DNA from: Octopus sinensis
Taxonomy: Eukaryota
DNA: 64,000 nucleotides
Direction: 5' to 3'
NCBI RefSeq assembly: GCF_006345805.1
Contig: NC_042997.1
Coordinates: 109,244,001 to 109,308,000, forward strand
In this document: positions 1 through 14,439 of the stretch, in pieces
Numbering within the stretch: position 1 is the first letter of the stretch
How the letters are laid out: each line of letters starts with the position of its first letter
Program-made: the position numbers and the translations under genes
The notes under the pieces: model-generated
Databases searched by the model: none
What the model saw: only the letters and a program-made list of their open reading frames with translations
Told to the model about the DNA's origin: nothing

Positions 1-690
1 TGAAGGACAAAATCACCTCAGATACTATCAAGTGGGGCATGGATGAGCGAACTAGGCCATACGGTAATTGGTCAAGACAATGCAGGCTTTGTATAGCTGA
101 AAGCCTTTTAAATTTTAGAACCCCATGAACCTACAATACTCCACGTTAGAAATTTGCACCAGATGCAAGTATCAAGACAATTTTCTACTATTGAACTGGA
201 GGACGGCATCCTCTCCGACGTAGGCATTCAGTCTTATGAATTTTAGCCTATCCGATTAAACCCCACCAAACCATTATTAATTCATAAATAAAAATTTTAT
301 TAGCATTCTCCTTCTAACAGGCTTAAATTCCTTCCCCTCCAAGTTTTCCTTTTTTCTCTTTCTTTTTTATATTTCGTTTTTGGATTTGGTTTGCAAGATT
401 CTTTATGCGAGTTCGGGTGTTGAAGCATATTCTGTTGTGTCTGGGGAAAGTAATTTTTTTTTTTGTGCCTTATAATGTAATACACTCACCGGTAAAATTT
501 CCACTTATTTCTTATTTTTTATTTTCCTAAAATTTTCGTTGCTTGCTTTTTCTCAGAGAGCTGATATGTTTATTCTCAGCATGGACGATTGCAGCATAGC
601 ATACGGGCATGCTATACAAGCCCGCCCCATTACTCTACTGTCCGGGCATGAAATTGAAAGAGTTCTCATATAAATCCTGGCGTTTTTAAT
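1..690 (+). mobile_element. Penelope-like element 3' fragment (GIY-YIG endonuclease C-terminus plus 3' UTR)
   Basis: Manual translation from nt 3 gives IKWGMDERTRPYGNWSRQCRLCIAE and, after a frameshift, EICTRCKYQDNFLL (stop near 222). This matches the W-x-I...Y...CxLC..EK...C.H..FLL ending of PLE endonucleases and the similar fragment at 27029-27290. The UTR boundary is approximate. Confidence 0.65.
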
Positions 691-948
691 ATTCTTTTAT
701 TCTTTTATTCTTTTACTTGTTTCGATAATTTCGCTTCGGCCATGCCGGAGCACCGTCTTAAACTGTGTTTTTGTCGAATAAATCGACCCCAGGACTTATT
801 CTGTGGAAGCCTAATACTTATTCTATCGGTCTGTTTTGCCGATCCGCTAAGTTACGAGGAGATAAACACACCAACATCGGTTGTCAAGCGGTTGTGCGGA
901 CCAAACAGACACAAAGACACACATATAATATATATTATGTATATATAT

Positions 949-1006
<58 letters not shown>

Positions 1007-1019
1007 ATATATATATGTA

Positions 1020-1560
1020 AGTATATACTTTATAAAAATAGGGTAAAGTAAAATAATTTACTTTACCACATACTGAACTTTTTAGAAATAGCAGCCAAAA
1101 ATTTGGCTATTTCTTCTACTGCAAGAAAATTCTCCCAGACAATGCATACTCAGAAATAACTCACATAGGTATAAGGGAAAATCAACGAAAATCAAAAATT
1201 TTAACTACAGTTTTGTCTCTGTAGGAATGCACTACTCTGTAGCTCACGTGGGTGGACATTTGTATTTTTGGATTCGCTGGTACTGGTGGTCTGGCATGGT
1301 TTGTCCGGTGTTACTCATATCGGACGGGTATGTTTGATTTTTAGTACTTTCAAATTCAAATCAGAAGAAATCTCTGAGCTGATGAAGGAAATGTTGGCGT
1401 TTAGTCAAATAATCCAGAAACAGGCTTGTCCTCGGGTGATCTCATATGGATGTGATCTTTCGTTGATTTTCCCGTATACCTATGTGAGTTATTTCTGAGT
1501 ACGCGTTGTCTGGGAGACTTTTCTTGCAGTAGAAGAAATAGCCAAATTTTTGGCTGCTAT
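1020..1560. mobile_element. Non-coding PLE-type terminal element with 103-bp inverted repeats
   Basis: 1088-1190 and 1458-1560 are inverted repeats with 4 mismatches. There is an 11-bp hairpin at 1042-1067, a hammerhead motif in the spacer, and (TA)n on both flanks. Confidence 0.7.
1373..1436 (+). ncRNA. Type I hammerhead ribozyme motif
   Basis: Stem I TCTGAG/CTCGGG, core CTGATGA (1379-1385), stem II GGA/TCC with inner TTGGC/GTCAA, GAAA (1417-1420), near-palindromic stem III ACAGGCTTGT, cleavage triplet GTC (1428-1430). An A.A pair closes stem II, which is non-canonical. Confidence 0.7.
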
Positions 1561-2159
1561 ATATGTATATATATATATAAATGCGACGAGCTTCTTTCAG
1601 TTTCCATCTACTAAATTCCCTCACAAGGCTTTGGTCGTCCGGTAGTTTTAATAGAAGGCACATGCTCAAGGTGCCCACATAGGGCGCGGACGGTATTTGA
1701 GGACATATTTATGGTTTTAAAAGGACGCTTATGTAATAAAAGAAAAAAAACTGAATTATTATAAAAATAACATAAATAGAAAGCTAAATTATCAATTTCA
1801 TGATTTCATTCAATAAAACCACCATAAGCATCAATAACTGCCTCTGCACGAGGTTGAAATCGTTTATAAACGCGGTATGCTTATAAAATTAGAGCGTTTG
1901 GAATGTTTTTACTCGCTTCCATCTTCTTTCTCTAACTCAGATTGAATCTTGTTGACAAAAGATCTTGCAACTTTCAGAAAACGAAAGATTTCTGAAGCAG
2001 CACGCTTAGCTTTCAAAGCCACAATCACAGCATGCCTTTTCATTTCATTAGTAAGCATAAGGGCTGCCAAGGTTATTTTCTGAAATAGAAGTTCGATAGA
2101 AATTAGTCAAATAAAATATGCAGGTGTCCTCAAATAGCATCCGCACCCTACATATATAT

Positions 2160-5100
2160 ATATATACCTTATTATAAAAGGCAGATTTTATCTGCCTCCC
2201 TTTGGGAGTTATAGAAATCTACAATATAGGATTTCTTCAATTACAATTTACCTAGCATTTTTAAGAGTAGAATGCATCGCGTCATGCCAGGTCCAGTTTT
2301 TAAAATTTAAACTCCAATTAAGCAAAATTTACAGAAAACTCACATTCTGGTGTGTGTGTCAAATGCTTTTCTTAGTCTGGTTTACACCACACGCAAACGC
2401 ACACACACAGTGTGCAACGAATAAAATGAAAGTAAATAGCGACAGAGTGATTTGAGGAAGACTAAACTGAAAGTATTTAAACCACTACTCAAAAATAAAA
2501 AAACACAGCAAACAGAAACAAATAAATACATAACCATTTACTCCTCACACAATTTCTTCAATTAGAATTTACCTAAGATTTTTCAAAGTACTCCATTCGC
2601 TCATGCCATAATATATTTCTTTCAATTTCACCCCCAATTAAGACAAAATTCGAGAAAACTCAATATTTTAACATTTCACTTTGAAGCCTTTACTCTGCCT
2701 ATTACTCCAACTTCCTCTTTAGACACATAGACACGCTAATATATACGACAGTGTCAATTGTTGACAGACATTGTAAGCTAACGTGTGTGTGTGTCTGTGT
2801 GTGTGTGTGCGTGTGTCTGTGCGTGTGTGTCTGTGTGTGTGTGTGTATGTGTGTGACAGGGGTGAGCCATTAGGACATCCTGGTGTCAAGTTTAACAGTT
2901 GTCTAGGAAGAGTCTACACTGTACCTCCAAATCAACATGACTGTTTTCACCTGCGCCTTCTCCTCTATGAGGTTTTAGGCCCACAAAGTTTTCAAGACAT
3001 CAGAACTGTTGATGGTGTATTATGTGATACTTTCCGTGAAGCCTGTTTTCGGCGTCGACTTTTGGAGGATGATTCACAATGGGGCGCCACTATGGCAGAA
3101 GGTGTTTCATTAAAATCCCCTAAAAAAATCAGATCGCTTTTCGCTATTCTATTACTATGGTGTGACTTGGCTAATCCCGCCTATTTATGGCTTACCTACA
3201 AAGATGATATGTCTGAAGATTTCCTGCATCACGCTCAATCGCTACATCCATCAATGGAGGTCGGGTACACTGACCTCATTTACAACAGGGCGCTGCTTGA
3301 AATCGAAGATACTGTACTCGATATGGGCGGTAGTGCCTTGCCGGTCTATGGCCTACCTTCAACAAACCGGGAAGGCACAAACACTCTGTCTTCACATTTG
3401 CTGCGTGAGACATGTTTTAATGTTGACGAGCTTGCCGAGTACATAGCCGACAATGAGCCAAAGCTCATTCCAGAACAGAAGTTCGCTTACAACTCCGTTG
3501 TTAATTCAGTCCGGGCCAAAGCTGGGGACATTTTTTTCCTAGACGCTCCTGGGGGCACTGGGAAAACTTTTGTCAACAAATTAATATTGGCTGAGATTAG
3601 GCGAACACAAGGCATTGCCCTAGCTGTGGTATCATCTGGAATTGCGGCTACTTTGTTGCCAGGCGGCAGGACAGCTCACTCTACTTTCAAACTCCGACTT
3701 GACTTAGCGAAGACTGAGACACCAACTTGCAACATCAGTAACAGCTCCGATCAGGCAGAAGTCTTCAGACGATGCAAGCTTATCGTTTGGGATGAATGCA
3801 CGATGGCCCACAGAGGTGCTCTTGAGGCACTAGATAGATCTCTCAGAGACATCAAACACTCTTCAGCTCCCATGGGAGGCATAACACTTCTTCTTTCAGG
3901 GGACTTCCGACAAACACTTCCCGTTATTCCCAAAGGGACTAGAGCTGATGCTGTAAGTGCGTGTCTTAAGTCATCCACATTGTGGCCACTGGTGAAGACT
4001 CTCAAACTTCACACCAATATGCGTGCTCATATGCGACGTGATATCACATCAGCAGCATTTTCTCACACCCTCCTTGCACTTGGCGAAGGCAAAATACCAG
4101 GGGATGAAAATGGTAATATTGCCATCGATTCCATTTGTACCATTGATAACACGCCTTCTGATCTCAGAGATGCAGTCTTCCCAGATCTACAAGCTAATTA
4201 TCAGAATATGGATTGGATTGGCCAAAGGGCTATTCTGGCCCCGAGGAATAAAACTGTTCACCATATTAATGATGAAATGCTAAAACTCATTCCTGGGGAT
4301 GTCTATGTATATAAGTCTATTGATACAACTCCTGACCCAGACGACGTCATCAATTATCCAATAGAGGTACTCAATTCCTTTGAGCCCCCCGGACTACCAC
4401 CACACATTCTCAAACTTAAAGTTGGTGCCCCTATAATGCTCATTAGAAATTTGGTTCCCCCAAAACAATGTAATGGCACACGTTTGATCGTTAAGTCCTT
4501 ATCTCCAAATCTGATTGAGGCCACCATTATCACAGGGTGCGGTCGAGGCAACGTTGTGCTCATACCTAGGATGCATCTTTTCCATCAGGAGCAGACCTAC
4601 CTTTCATATTTCGGAGGTCCCAGTTCCCAGTAAGGCCATGTTTCGCAATGTCAATTAACAAAGCGCAGGGTCAAACACTGTCTGTGGCGGGAATACATTT
4701 GGGAGAGCCATGTTCTCTCATGGTCAGCTTTATGTTGGCTGCTCACGTGTCGGCAGCAACAGTGATGCTTTCGCATTCCTTCCACAACGAAAAACAAAAA
4801 ACATTGTGTACAAGGAGGTTTTATAGGATTACTACGTTTCATCATTTTCAAACACGTTAGTATTTCACTTACATACGACTCTCTTTTATGACGGCATTTA
4901 CATTTCTAGGCGTTTCATTACATTAATTCACACTTAACCAACACCTGTCCTTCGCTCAACTCTATTTCTATCCATTCATCATCAAACCACCAGCCTCATC
5001 TTCTATATCCAACGTACACGACACATCTACCCCCTACATCTACACTCTCATTGTTAAAGTTTACATGAGCGACAACACGATCGCAACATACACTTTCGAA

Positions 5101-5666
5101 ACTAATCAACAGATCATTTTATACAACAACAAATTTAATCAAAACGCCCATCAATGAAAACATCTCCACTGCTGTATTGTGATTCACCTAATCAGCACCA
5201 CTACAGTCTTGCCGGTCTGACATATGGTGAGTAGATGCTATTGTTCTATATTTTATAAATTACACATATTTACTTACCCATGCTTCATTCCTCTCTTGCC
5301 TACATATGAAATCCACTCTCTTTTAACACAGCATCAAGTTTTGTAACAGCACATCCGCTGCCGTTCGTGCAAAACGAAGAGACCCTATTCACCTGCGAAC
5401 GTTTTACATCGCCTTCCACGACTATCAAATTCTTACAATTATGAGAACAATAACATGGCTCATTTCAAGGCAACCTCACATTCAATTCTTACACCATTCT
5501 ACGAGGGGGTAGGAACACCTTTACATGGCTTTCTATACACTTACAAATACATTCATTCGCCGTGAACTTATATCAATATTTGCCTGAATAATCATCATAA
5601 TTCAGTGCAATCATTAACAGTACTTTCAAGCAATTCAGCCCGAGCAACGCCGGGCAATTCTGCTAG
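2160..5666 (+). mobile_element. Helitron, internally deleted
   Basis: Contains a Pif1-type helicase. The 3' end is canonical: hairpin GCCCG/CGGGC (5638-5655), then CTAG (5663-5666), then T. The 5' boundary within (TA)n is approximate. Confidence 0.88.
2836..4830 (+). pseudogene. Helitron RepHel, Pif1-like helicase portion (frameshift near 4620, no HUH Rep motifs seen)
   Basis: Motifs DAPGGTGKT, SGIAATLLPGGRTAHSTF, IVWDECTM, GDFRQTLPV, LAPRN, LRNL/CNGTRL-type, and AMSINKAQGQT in the next frame. The ORF-track start at 2783 is a (GT)n artefact. Confidence 0.88.
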
Positions 5667-5744
5667 TATATATATATATATACATACATATATACATACA
5701 CATGTGTGTGTGTGTGTATAAGTATGTATATATACCTCTATGAT

Positions 5745-6250
5745 GGTACATACCTTTGCCTCTCTGTCCCAGACGACGATATCCAGCCTGTTATGCTTAC
5801 ATTTGACAGAAGTTTTGATGAGAATTTTCCGCCAGTATTCCTTTAGTTGGTGTTTATGAATGTATTCCATAACAGAGGGATTTTCTAAGTTTATTTCAGG
5901 ACAGTCTTTTATGCGAGATTATCAGGGAGAGAGTGCTTCCTGGGGAGATCATTGCCAACTCGTACAATGTTGATCACTTCACTTTTCAGCACTGCATTTA
6001 TACATTTATTTTTGCTACTGTTGTTTAACAGGTGCTGCCTGAGAGATACCATAAGGCATTCGAAGGCTGTCTGCCCTGATAGCAGGTCTCTGTCACCTTC
6101 ATTTCTTATATAGAGCCCGTCAACATCACTGTTTCTGTGAAAGTTTCCAGCTGTTGTCGGGATTTTGCGGGTTTTGATATCTATGGAGAGGATTTCCTTT
6201 ACAGCCAAATCAAGTAAGTATGTATGTACGTATATATCTATGTATGTCAT
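5745..6250 (-). mobile_element. R4/Dong-like (restriction-like endonuclease) LINE fragment
   Basis: IDIKTRK...SDVDGLY (RT thumb region) followed by KHNRLDIVVWDREAKVCTIIEV (PD..E-type REL motif). Confidence 0.7.
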
Positions 6251-6479
6251 TATTCAGTTTATTTTAAGATTTCTTGCCAATGGAGAAAGTGCCGGTTTCT
6301 AACCTAGATCTGAAGCTCCTCCATTGGAATTTCAACATCAACAATTGGGTGTTTTGTTTGTTTGTATGTATGTATTTATGTGCAGATTTGTATATTTTAT
6401 GTATGTATTCTCGTGCATATAGTAGACATGTTCATATATATTTGAACAATAAACGTCTGGAAAGTTTTACAGATTTTTA

Positions 6480-6900
6480 AAGTTCCAGTGATAGATTGGA
6501 TCTGTTGTCTTCGAATTAGCTTTCTCCTTCCTGATCTTCAGAAGCCTAATTTCTCAAGATTGGTTTTTAGACCGTGTGTTACATATCCCAGAGCCTCAAT
6601 AATTACAGGTATAGATCCGAACTTGTAATCTGGATAGACTAACTGCAGATTTCTCAATAGTTCAGTATAGCTGTTCTCTTTTTCACTGCTTCTTCAGCTT
6701 CATGGAAACATCCACTGGGCAGCTAATTTCCACAACTATGCACAGTTTCTCTTCTCTATCCCAAATAATTATATCAGGTCTGTTGTGCTTACATTTTATT
6801 GAGGTCTTCACTGGGACATTCCACCAGTTCTCCGTTTTATTATGAGTGGCTATGGCTTCCACCATATTGTGGGTTCCTACTAATTTGTCCTCGTGATTAT
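6480..6900 (-). mobile_element. R4/Dong-like LINE 3' fragment
   Basis: KHNRPDIIIWDREEKLCIVVEISCPVD, followed by the C-terminal region shared with 21720-21990. Confidence 0.75.
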
Positions 6901-7634
6901 CCTAAGTATGTACGTATGCATGCATGTATGCATGTATGTATACACGCACATTTATATATAAGGTTTGTAAATATATTTGCAAATCATTTTTTAACCAAAT
7001 CGATGTTGTCTACAAGAATGATGCCACCATTCAAGACTTTTCTCACTGCCTTAAATCGCTGTTCCATAAAGCAATCTTTGGTTTCGACTTCACTTAGAAG
7101 CGTCTCTTCAAAACGTTTAACGGAATTTCCAGCTTTCTAACTTAACCGAAGTTTCCCATCGATGTTATAAAATGCTTTCGCTGAAAGCGGGTGGCCATGT
7201 CTTGTCATGATCGCCATAATAAAAAAAATAATAATAATAAAAATGGATAACGATATAAAAAAACTATACCGATTATAATGTATTTTTACAACATAAAAGT
7301 TTATTGAACGTCCAGTGATATATGAAATAAACATATTTGATATTTTTCAAGTTTTATTGCACTGACTTACTTTTCATGGATGCTAGAATTGAAAATGGAG
7401 GCCAAATACGAGACACACACATTTACTCCATCTTGGTCCTGTCAGATCTCAATTTCGTAGGTGGCACTTTATGACTCTAACATATTTTAGCATCAACTTA
7501 ATTCTGCCATTGAAATGATCGCTATTACCAACATTACGAGCATATTGACATGGCTGTGAGAATAATTCAATACCTCGCGGATTATATCGTTTCTGACGAA
7601 TGTGCCATTACATACATACATACATACATACATC

Positions 7635-7665
<31 letters not shown>

Positions 7666-7679
7666 GTATATATATGTAC

Positions 7680-7756
<77 letters not shown>

Positions 7757-7769
7757 ATATATATATATG

Positions 7770-7828
<59 letters not shown>

Positions 7829-7856
7829 ATGTATGTATATATATATATATATATAT

Positions 7857-7903
<47 letters not shown>

Positions 7904-9728
7904 ATGTAGAAACATGGTATGGTAATCTTTGTTTTTTCTTTTTTTTCGCTGGGTTTGAGTGGTGGTTCGGTCGAGGGTTATTGTATACTGACTGAAGTAC
8001 AGTGGTTTATCAGCTTTCACGATTGACAGATTTAAGATAGGACTACAAAACAGGCTTTTGTTTTTAATGTTAAGTGGCATTTATGTTGCGTCACCGTTAG
8101 CTTTTCCGCCCAATTTTGTTGGAGTAGAAGGGGTATAAATACACACGCATACACACACACAGCACATTCGTAGATTCAAGTACACAGTCGGATGAATGAG
8201 ATTACACACACACACACAGACACACACATATATATATATATATATACATATGTATATGTATGTATATATATGTACATATACATATATATACATATATATA
8301 TTTCATGTACATGCATACATGTATATATACACACAAACACACACACACACACACACACAAACATGCATATATGTGATATGTGTGCATGCATATGTGAGTT
8401 CATATACGTAAAAGTTTCTTCGTGTGCGGTATAGAGACACACTGGAATGTATACGCGTGCACACACACGTGCGCGGACACACATACACACACTCACGCAA
8501 AGACACACACAGTAACAGATATACACATATACTATTAGAGAAGGAGAGAGCGTGCGAGCGAGAAAGAGAGAGAGAGAGAAGGGGGGAGAGAGAGCGAGTT
8601 TAATAACAATCTATGTGTTGGCAATAGAGGAGTTTCGTGACAGATTTATGTCTCTTTATTGCTCGGCTATCAATGCAATATCGTCTTTCTGTATGGTTTC
8701 TGTGCGGCTGCGAAAGTAGTTATATCTGAGCTATTATAGCCGAATGTATTAAACATTAACCTTCAACGGTCTTTTCAACACTTTCCTTTTTTTCCCTTGT
8801 GTAGTAAACATGCGTTTTCTGTGACAGATCCCTGGCAGGAGTTTTTTTATTATTATTTTATATATAACCTGTAAATGGAACTTGAAAGTGAGTCTGTAAA
8901 ATGTTAGCATACATTTAAATATCTGGCGAAGTAAAGTAAAGCTTTGAGGGTAGAAGATTGAGGCTTTGAAAATAAATCTTATGAGAAGCTTTTACACATC
9001 AGCATATTTCGCCATCTTGCTATCTTTAATTGAACATTTCTGTACTCAATATTGGCAACCTAAGATTAAGGAAATGTTGCTGGTTGATCGCCATTTTATT
9101 CCTTTTAGCTTGAGCTTGAAGAATTCTGGGTTAAAAAAGTGAAACAAGAAATATGAAGACTGGCTCTGGTTGAAGGCAGTATCAAAGTTTAATCGAATTA
9201 CATGTTTTCTTTATCAAATATGAAGGATATTACTCGTATTTAATATAGAATTTCCCCAGGAATACTTTTGAATTTATAATTTTATTGTGGTTACTCGAAA
9301 ACTCCTGAAATTAGCGTAAATTGCCTTCTACTACAAATGTAGCTTACTTTAATTTTGCTGCTCTGTTATTTGTTTCCTTCCGGTTGATTTTGAATCAGGA
9401 GGAATACAGCAGCCTTTATTTTGGTCAGAAATTGAAAGACCAACCAAACGCTAGGACTTGCATTAGAGCATTCAGTAATTTGAATTATTGTAACCAGGAA
9501 CGAGTGAATAGATGAATTTGAACCCGTTGTGCCCTGACCCCCTTGACGCGATTTGATCCTGTGTCTGGCCTCCTCAGTCATTTGTGCCCGGTTCTCACAG
9601 GGATTAGAAGTGGGGCTGTCATAATATTTATACGATATAATTTCTACATTGTTATTAACGTATAAAGCATGCAAACACTTTTAGAAGTAGTTACCAATGG
9701 TTTTATGTCAGTTTTTTATCCAGCTGTG

Positions 9729-10443
9729 TCAGTCAGACCGACAATAATATTTATTGAGGCTTGTTTTTAGAGCCGTTATGTCACGCGGATTGGTTTGGGT
9801 GGCGAGATTTTGATCATGCAGAAATATATTTACAAACTCAACTGGATAAGATTCACAATTTAGGCTGTCTAGGAAATTTCGGGGCCCACAATTTGAAGCA
9901 TCAAATTGGCATGTACCGACGGTGTCTGCATTGTTTTTGCTGGCATTCAGTTTTGTAGTTCCACGTAACCTCTTTGAACTACTGAACTCGTTATCCGAAC
10001 CATTTTCGCTGTCGCCACTATTTTCGATTCTCACACCGTACCTGACATCGTCAGAAATAGATTCCGAATTACTACCTGGGTAATCCGCATCTTTTTCAAC
10101 TTCTAATTGAGTGAATAGGTCAAACACTCGACTGGGAATTGCAATTTGATCGTGACGGACCAGGCTCACTTTCACACTAGAGATCGTTTCATTCTAAAAA
10201 TTTCTCCCTATTTCTGCAAGAATATGCCATCAAAACGACCGAAATAGGGGTGGGGGTAGACATACTGTTTTATTTTCAGATGTAAAAGACCTTCTGACCG
10301 GTCGATCAATACACGATCAAAACACGCCTAATGAAACGCATTATGCGTGCACGCAGTGACCCCGCACCGCTTTACCGGTGCTACGGCACGTGAACACCTA
10401 GCATTGCCACTCCTATACAGGTGTTACGGTCTGCAAGGGTTAA
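9729..10443 (-). mobile_element. piggyBac-like 5' fragment
   Basis: The minus strand begins TTAA|CCC (10443-10437). An acidic N-terminus is followed by GP...P.EF..IF.D....TQTN, resembling the piggyBac transposase N-terminal domain. No partner end was found. Confidence 0.55.
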
Positions 10444-11482
10444 TAAGTTACGATACTGTATGAAGTGAACGCGAGACAGTTTTCTATATCGTATATTGGA
10501 ACACTGTGTCTGTTCTAAACCTAAAAGAAATTCTGGTTTCGGTTAATAAAACTGTGTCAAAATATAAATGATTAGTCTAAAACTGAAATGTATAATAAAC
10601 AGTTGGGAGTGAGGAGGGGTGGCTATAGTGAGGGGGGGGGGGCGATTCAACTAAGTTTCGTTAAAAATTGAAATGCGTCAAGATGTGTGCTTCTTGTATG
10701 AAACGATATTTGTTTGAACATTTAATTTGATTTACAATTTACTTCATAGAATTTTATTGTATTTTACTGCCAGCTGAAAATGCTATTAATAAATGTGCTG
10801 CCAGCAATAAATGGCAGAACATGAAATAAAGAATAAGATAACAAAAGACAAACAAAAGAAAAACAGAAAAAGAAAAAAAAAAAAGAAAACGATACTGAAA
10901 GTAAAAATAAAAGACAAAAATGTGAATATTGTAGGCCAAAATAAGAAGAAACTATAAATAAAATATATAAATTAAAAAGGTAAAAAATAATAGATATAGG
11001 GTAGAAGTGGCGAACTATAATAATTGTTTACAAGCTGAGTGCAATTACAGGTGAAAAGAAATTTTCGTCTCTTGCAGGAAACGTTTTGTGAAATTTGAAT
11101 TTAATACAATTTTTGAAGAAAACGGTCTGATATCTTATTGTATTACCTTCATTTCATTTTCCATTTATTTTTCTTATATTTCTACAGAAAGTTGAACTTA
11201 TTAAATAAACGACAACAATTTTAGAAAGTATAAATCCTATTCTCATTATATACAGCGAATTTATTATTCAAATACGAGACGAAAATTAAAGCAACGGCAG
11301 GAAATATAGATATATTCAAAACCTACCAAGTACCCCACCCCCACCCCGCAACGTAACCGCCCCCCCCCCCCCCCAACGTTCTTCGTCTACAAACTCCAAA
11401 ACCGAAAAGGAATCAGAGAACAGAAGAAAGAAAATGATCCTGGCAGTATCCAATATGGCAGCAACATACACTGCAACGTGTA

Positions 11483-11552
<70 letters not shown>

Positions 11553-12814
11553 ATGTGTATATATATGCATATAAACACACACACACACATATCTATATAT
11601 GTATGTATATGTATGTATATATGTATACTATATATATGTAAATATATACATACAAACACACGTACACACACATATATGTATGTATATGTTATGTCTGTGT
11701 ATATGTATATATATATATTTGCATATCTTAATGTATGCATATATATATGTATATATATGTATATGCATATATATATATATATGCATATGCATATATATAT
11801 ATATATATGTATATATACATGTATATATATATATATATACATACATACATCTATATGTACATAAATATATATATATATATACATACGTATATATGTACAT
11901 GCATACACGCACTCACTCATATACACACACACACACATATATATATATACAGATATACATATGTATATACATACGAGTGTGTGTGTTAGTGTGTCTATGA
12001 GGGGTAGGCAGTATGTTTACAATAGCCTGTATGCTTCATTGAATTCGTAATATTGTGTGTCAGATGTGACGTAGAGGAGGCGACGCAGTCATGCATTCGC
12101 TGCAACGCATTCAGTTATTCATTGTATCTCGCTATTTAGATCTATGTTGTGTCTATATTTGATACAGCTTGCTCGATATACAACCACTAAGTGGTAAAAT
12201 ACATCACGGGAGGAGGAACGCAGAAAAAAAATATATAAATATATAAATAAACCGAACTGTAGGCAACAACAGCAATAGCAACAACAATACTAATATAATA
12301 GGTTTCGAACTAACATTCTATCATATGCTACAATTGCGGTCGAGATCCGCATTTAGACATTAAACAGCGTCGAACAAGAATGGAGAATGGTTCAATAAAC
12401 CATTTTGATTCAATGTAATGGTATTGTCTTGTATAGTTTTGTAATAAATGTTATTGAACTACTACGATGGAGAAGAAAAATAGAAGCGACAATGGAAACT
12501 GGCAAAGTTGAATCGAGAATAAGCAAGTAAAAGACGAGAGAGAAGTGATGTATGATGCTGGGTGGGAGTAGAAAATACATCTCTCTCTATATATTTATAC
12601 TTGAGGGGAAATATAAATATCATATTTGGCGTTCGTTCATTAATGTTTATGTTTGACAATGGTGAAAGTGTTTCTCGCGGAGTTTAGACCGAGGATCATT
12701 GCTTCTTTCTTTGTCTCACTGACTTTGCAATCACCAATAAACTACCTCCACTCTTGCATCATACACATAGATGGGAATACATATATATATACACACACAT
12801 ACACAGATAAATAA

Positions 12815-12848
<34 letters not shown>

Positions 12849-12917
12849 GCATGTGTGTGTATGCACACATACATACATACATACATACATACATACATAC
12901 ATGCATACATACATACA

Positions 12918-12953
<36 letters not shown>

Positions 12954-13068
12954 CAGGCATGGCTATGTTCTTAAGAGGCTTACTCTGCAATCGCCTGTTT
13001 TCGCGGGTTCAGTCTCACTACGTAGCACCATGGGCATGTGTTTTCTATTATAAATATATAATAGAAAG

Positions 13069-13123
<55 letters not shown>

Positions 13124-13241
13124 TATATATCGTGTACACGTTATTTTATATGAATAATATATAGTCTATTAACTAAATTTTTCTTGCGCTAGGCCACTGG
13201 TAATAAAATGTTTTTATATTCTTATTACCCTAATATTATAT

Positions 13242-13297
<56 letters not shown>

Positions 13298-14439
13298 GGA
13301 ACAAAAACTCATAAAACATTCGGACAGACGATACAAAGGCGGACAGGAAAAACATTTAGAAGGGCAGGGAAAAAAATAGACATATCATTCGTAGCCTTCT
13401 TTCTGCAGTCGAGTTACCAAATGTCCTTAAATTTTCGGGCAGTTACAATTGAGACTGTTGGATGTGGGTGCCCCCCAAAATGTCTAAGCTAAGAGCATTA
13501 GATTTTTTTGTAAGAAACCTAGAGAATGTGTACAGCAACAAAGACAAGAAACGGAGAACATGATACACAGTTACAAATACAAACAACAAGAATATAACAA
13601 CAGGTGTCTTTCGACTGAGGACGAATCAAATTGAACTGGCGTATATAAAGTGAAAGAAGCCTAAAGGCAGGGACATAGGAGATAGACATGTTGGCAGTCA
13701 GCAGTCAGGCCAAGAAAGAAAGATCATGGCTGGTCGGACACGTAGAAGACAGTGGGTATTTTTTCTGTTTCCGGATGATGAACTGACTTGTACCTGAAAT
13801 CAGTCACACTCAAGAGGTCGCACAACACACTTGTTTCCCATTTGCACCTGCATTCCTTTGTCCTCATGCACTGTTTCTATAGCCCAGTTGATCCTACGTT
13901 ATGTCAGCGACTGAGTAGCAACAAAGTGCTTTTTTTCTCAGACAAGTAACCTTCCTCATTAAGTTATTCTGGTAGTGATACAGGTTTTGTCAGCGATAGC
14001 AGACCAGGAGACAGGTTGTACGGGACTACATACTAACAGTGGAACTCACTAGTGATTTCAGACATACATGCCTACACAGATATATATTTACACATACATA
14101 CACACACACATATATGCATACATACATAAATTCAGGCCCATGCACACAATAGCCGTACATAGATGATTACATATTGGTAGCAGTCAAGAGCAGGACATTT
14201 CTCAAAAGAAAACAACGAAGGGAAGAAAATGTAAAAATCTAATTTGCTGTTAGTAGTTCTAGGGTTTCGGGTTTCTAAATGAGAGGAGAAGGAAATTCTC
14301 GCATACATTTTCTGTATCCCAATCAAACTAACAAATATTTTAATTAACTAAACAAACTAAACTAATATACCCGATAGAGGTGCATGCCTGCAATAAGAAT
14401 GTGCTTCAGCTCGGAAGCTAGTTGGCGGTCTCTCTCTCT

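Larger units (their letters stand above)
690..1685 (-). mobile_element. tRNA-derived SINE split in two (tail 690-915, head fragment 1560-1685)
   Basis: Both pieces are reverse complements of consecutive parts of the full copy at 30917-31320. They are separated at the SINE's internal (TA)n tract by the 1020-1560 insert. Confidence 0.8.

Noticed and set aside
6970-7215. Protein-like minus-strand reading (HPLSAKAFYNIDGKLRLS*KAGNSVKRFEETLLSEVETKD...)
   Set aside because: It contains an in-frame stop, has no motif I recognise and no convincing splice sites. A TBLASTX search would be needed.
11333-11374. C-runs giving a potential G-quadruplex on the minus strand
   Set aside because: Isolated homopolymer runs with no linked feature, which are common in such genomes.
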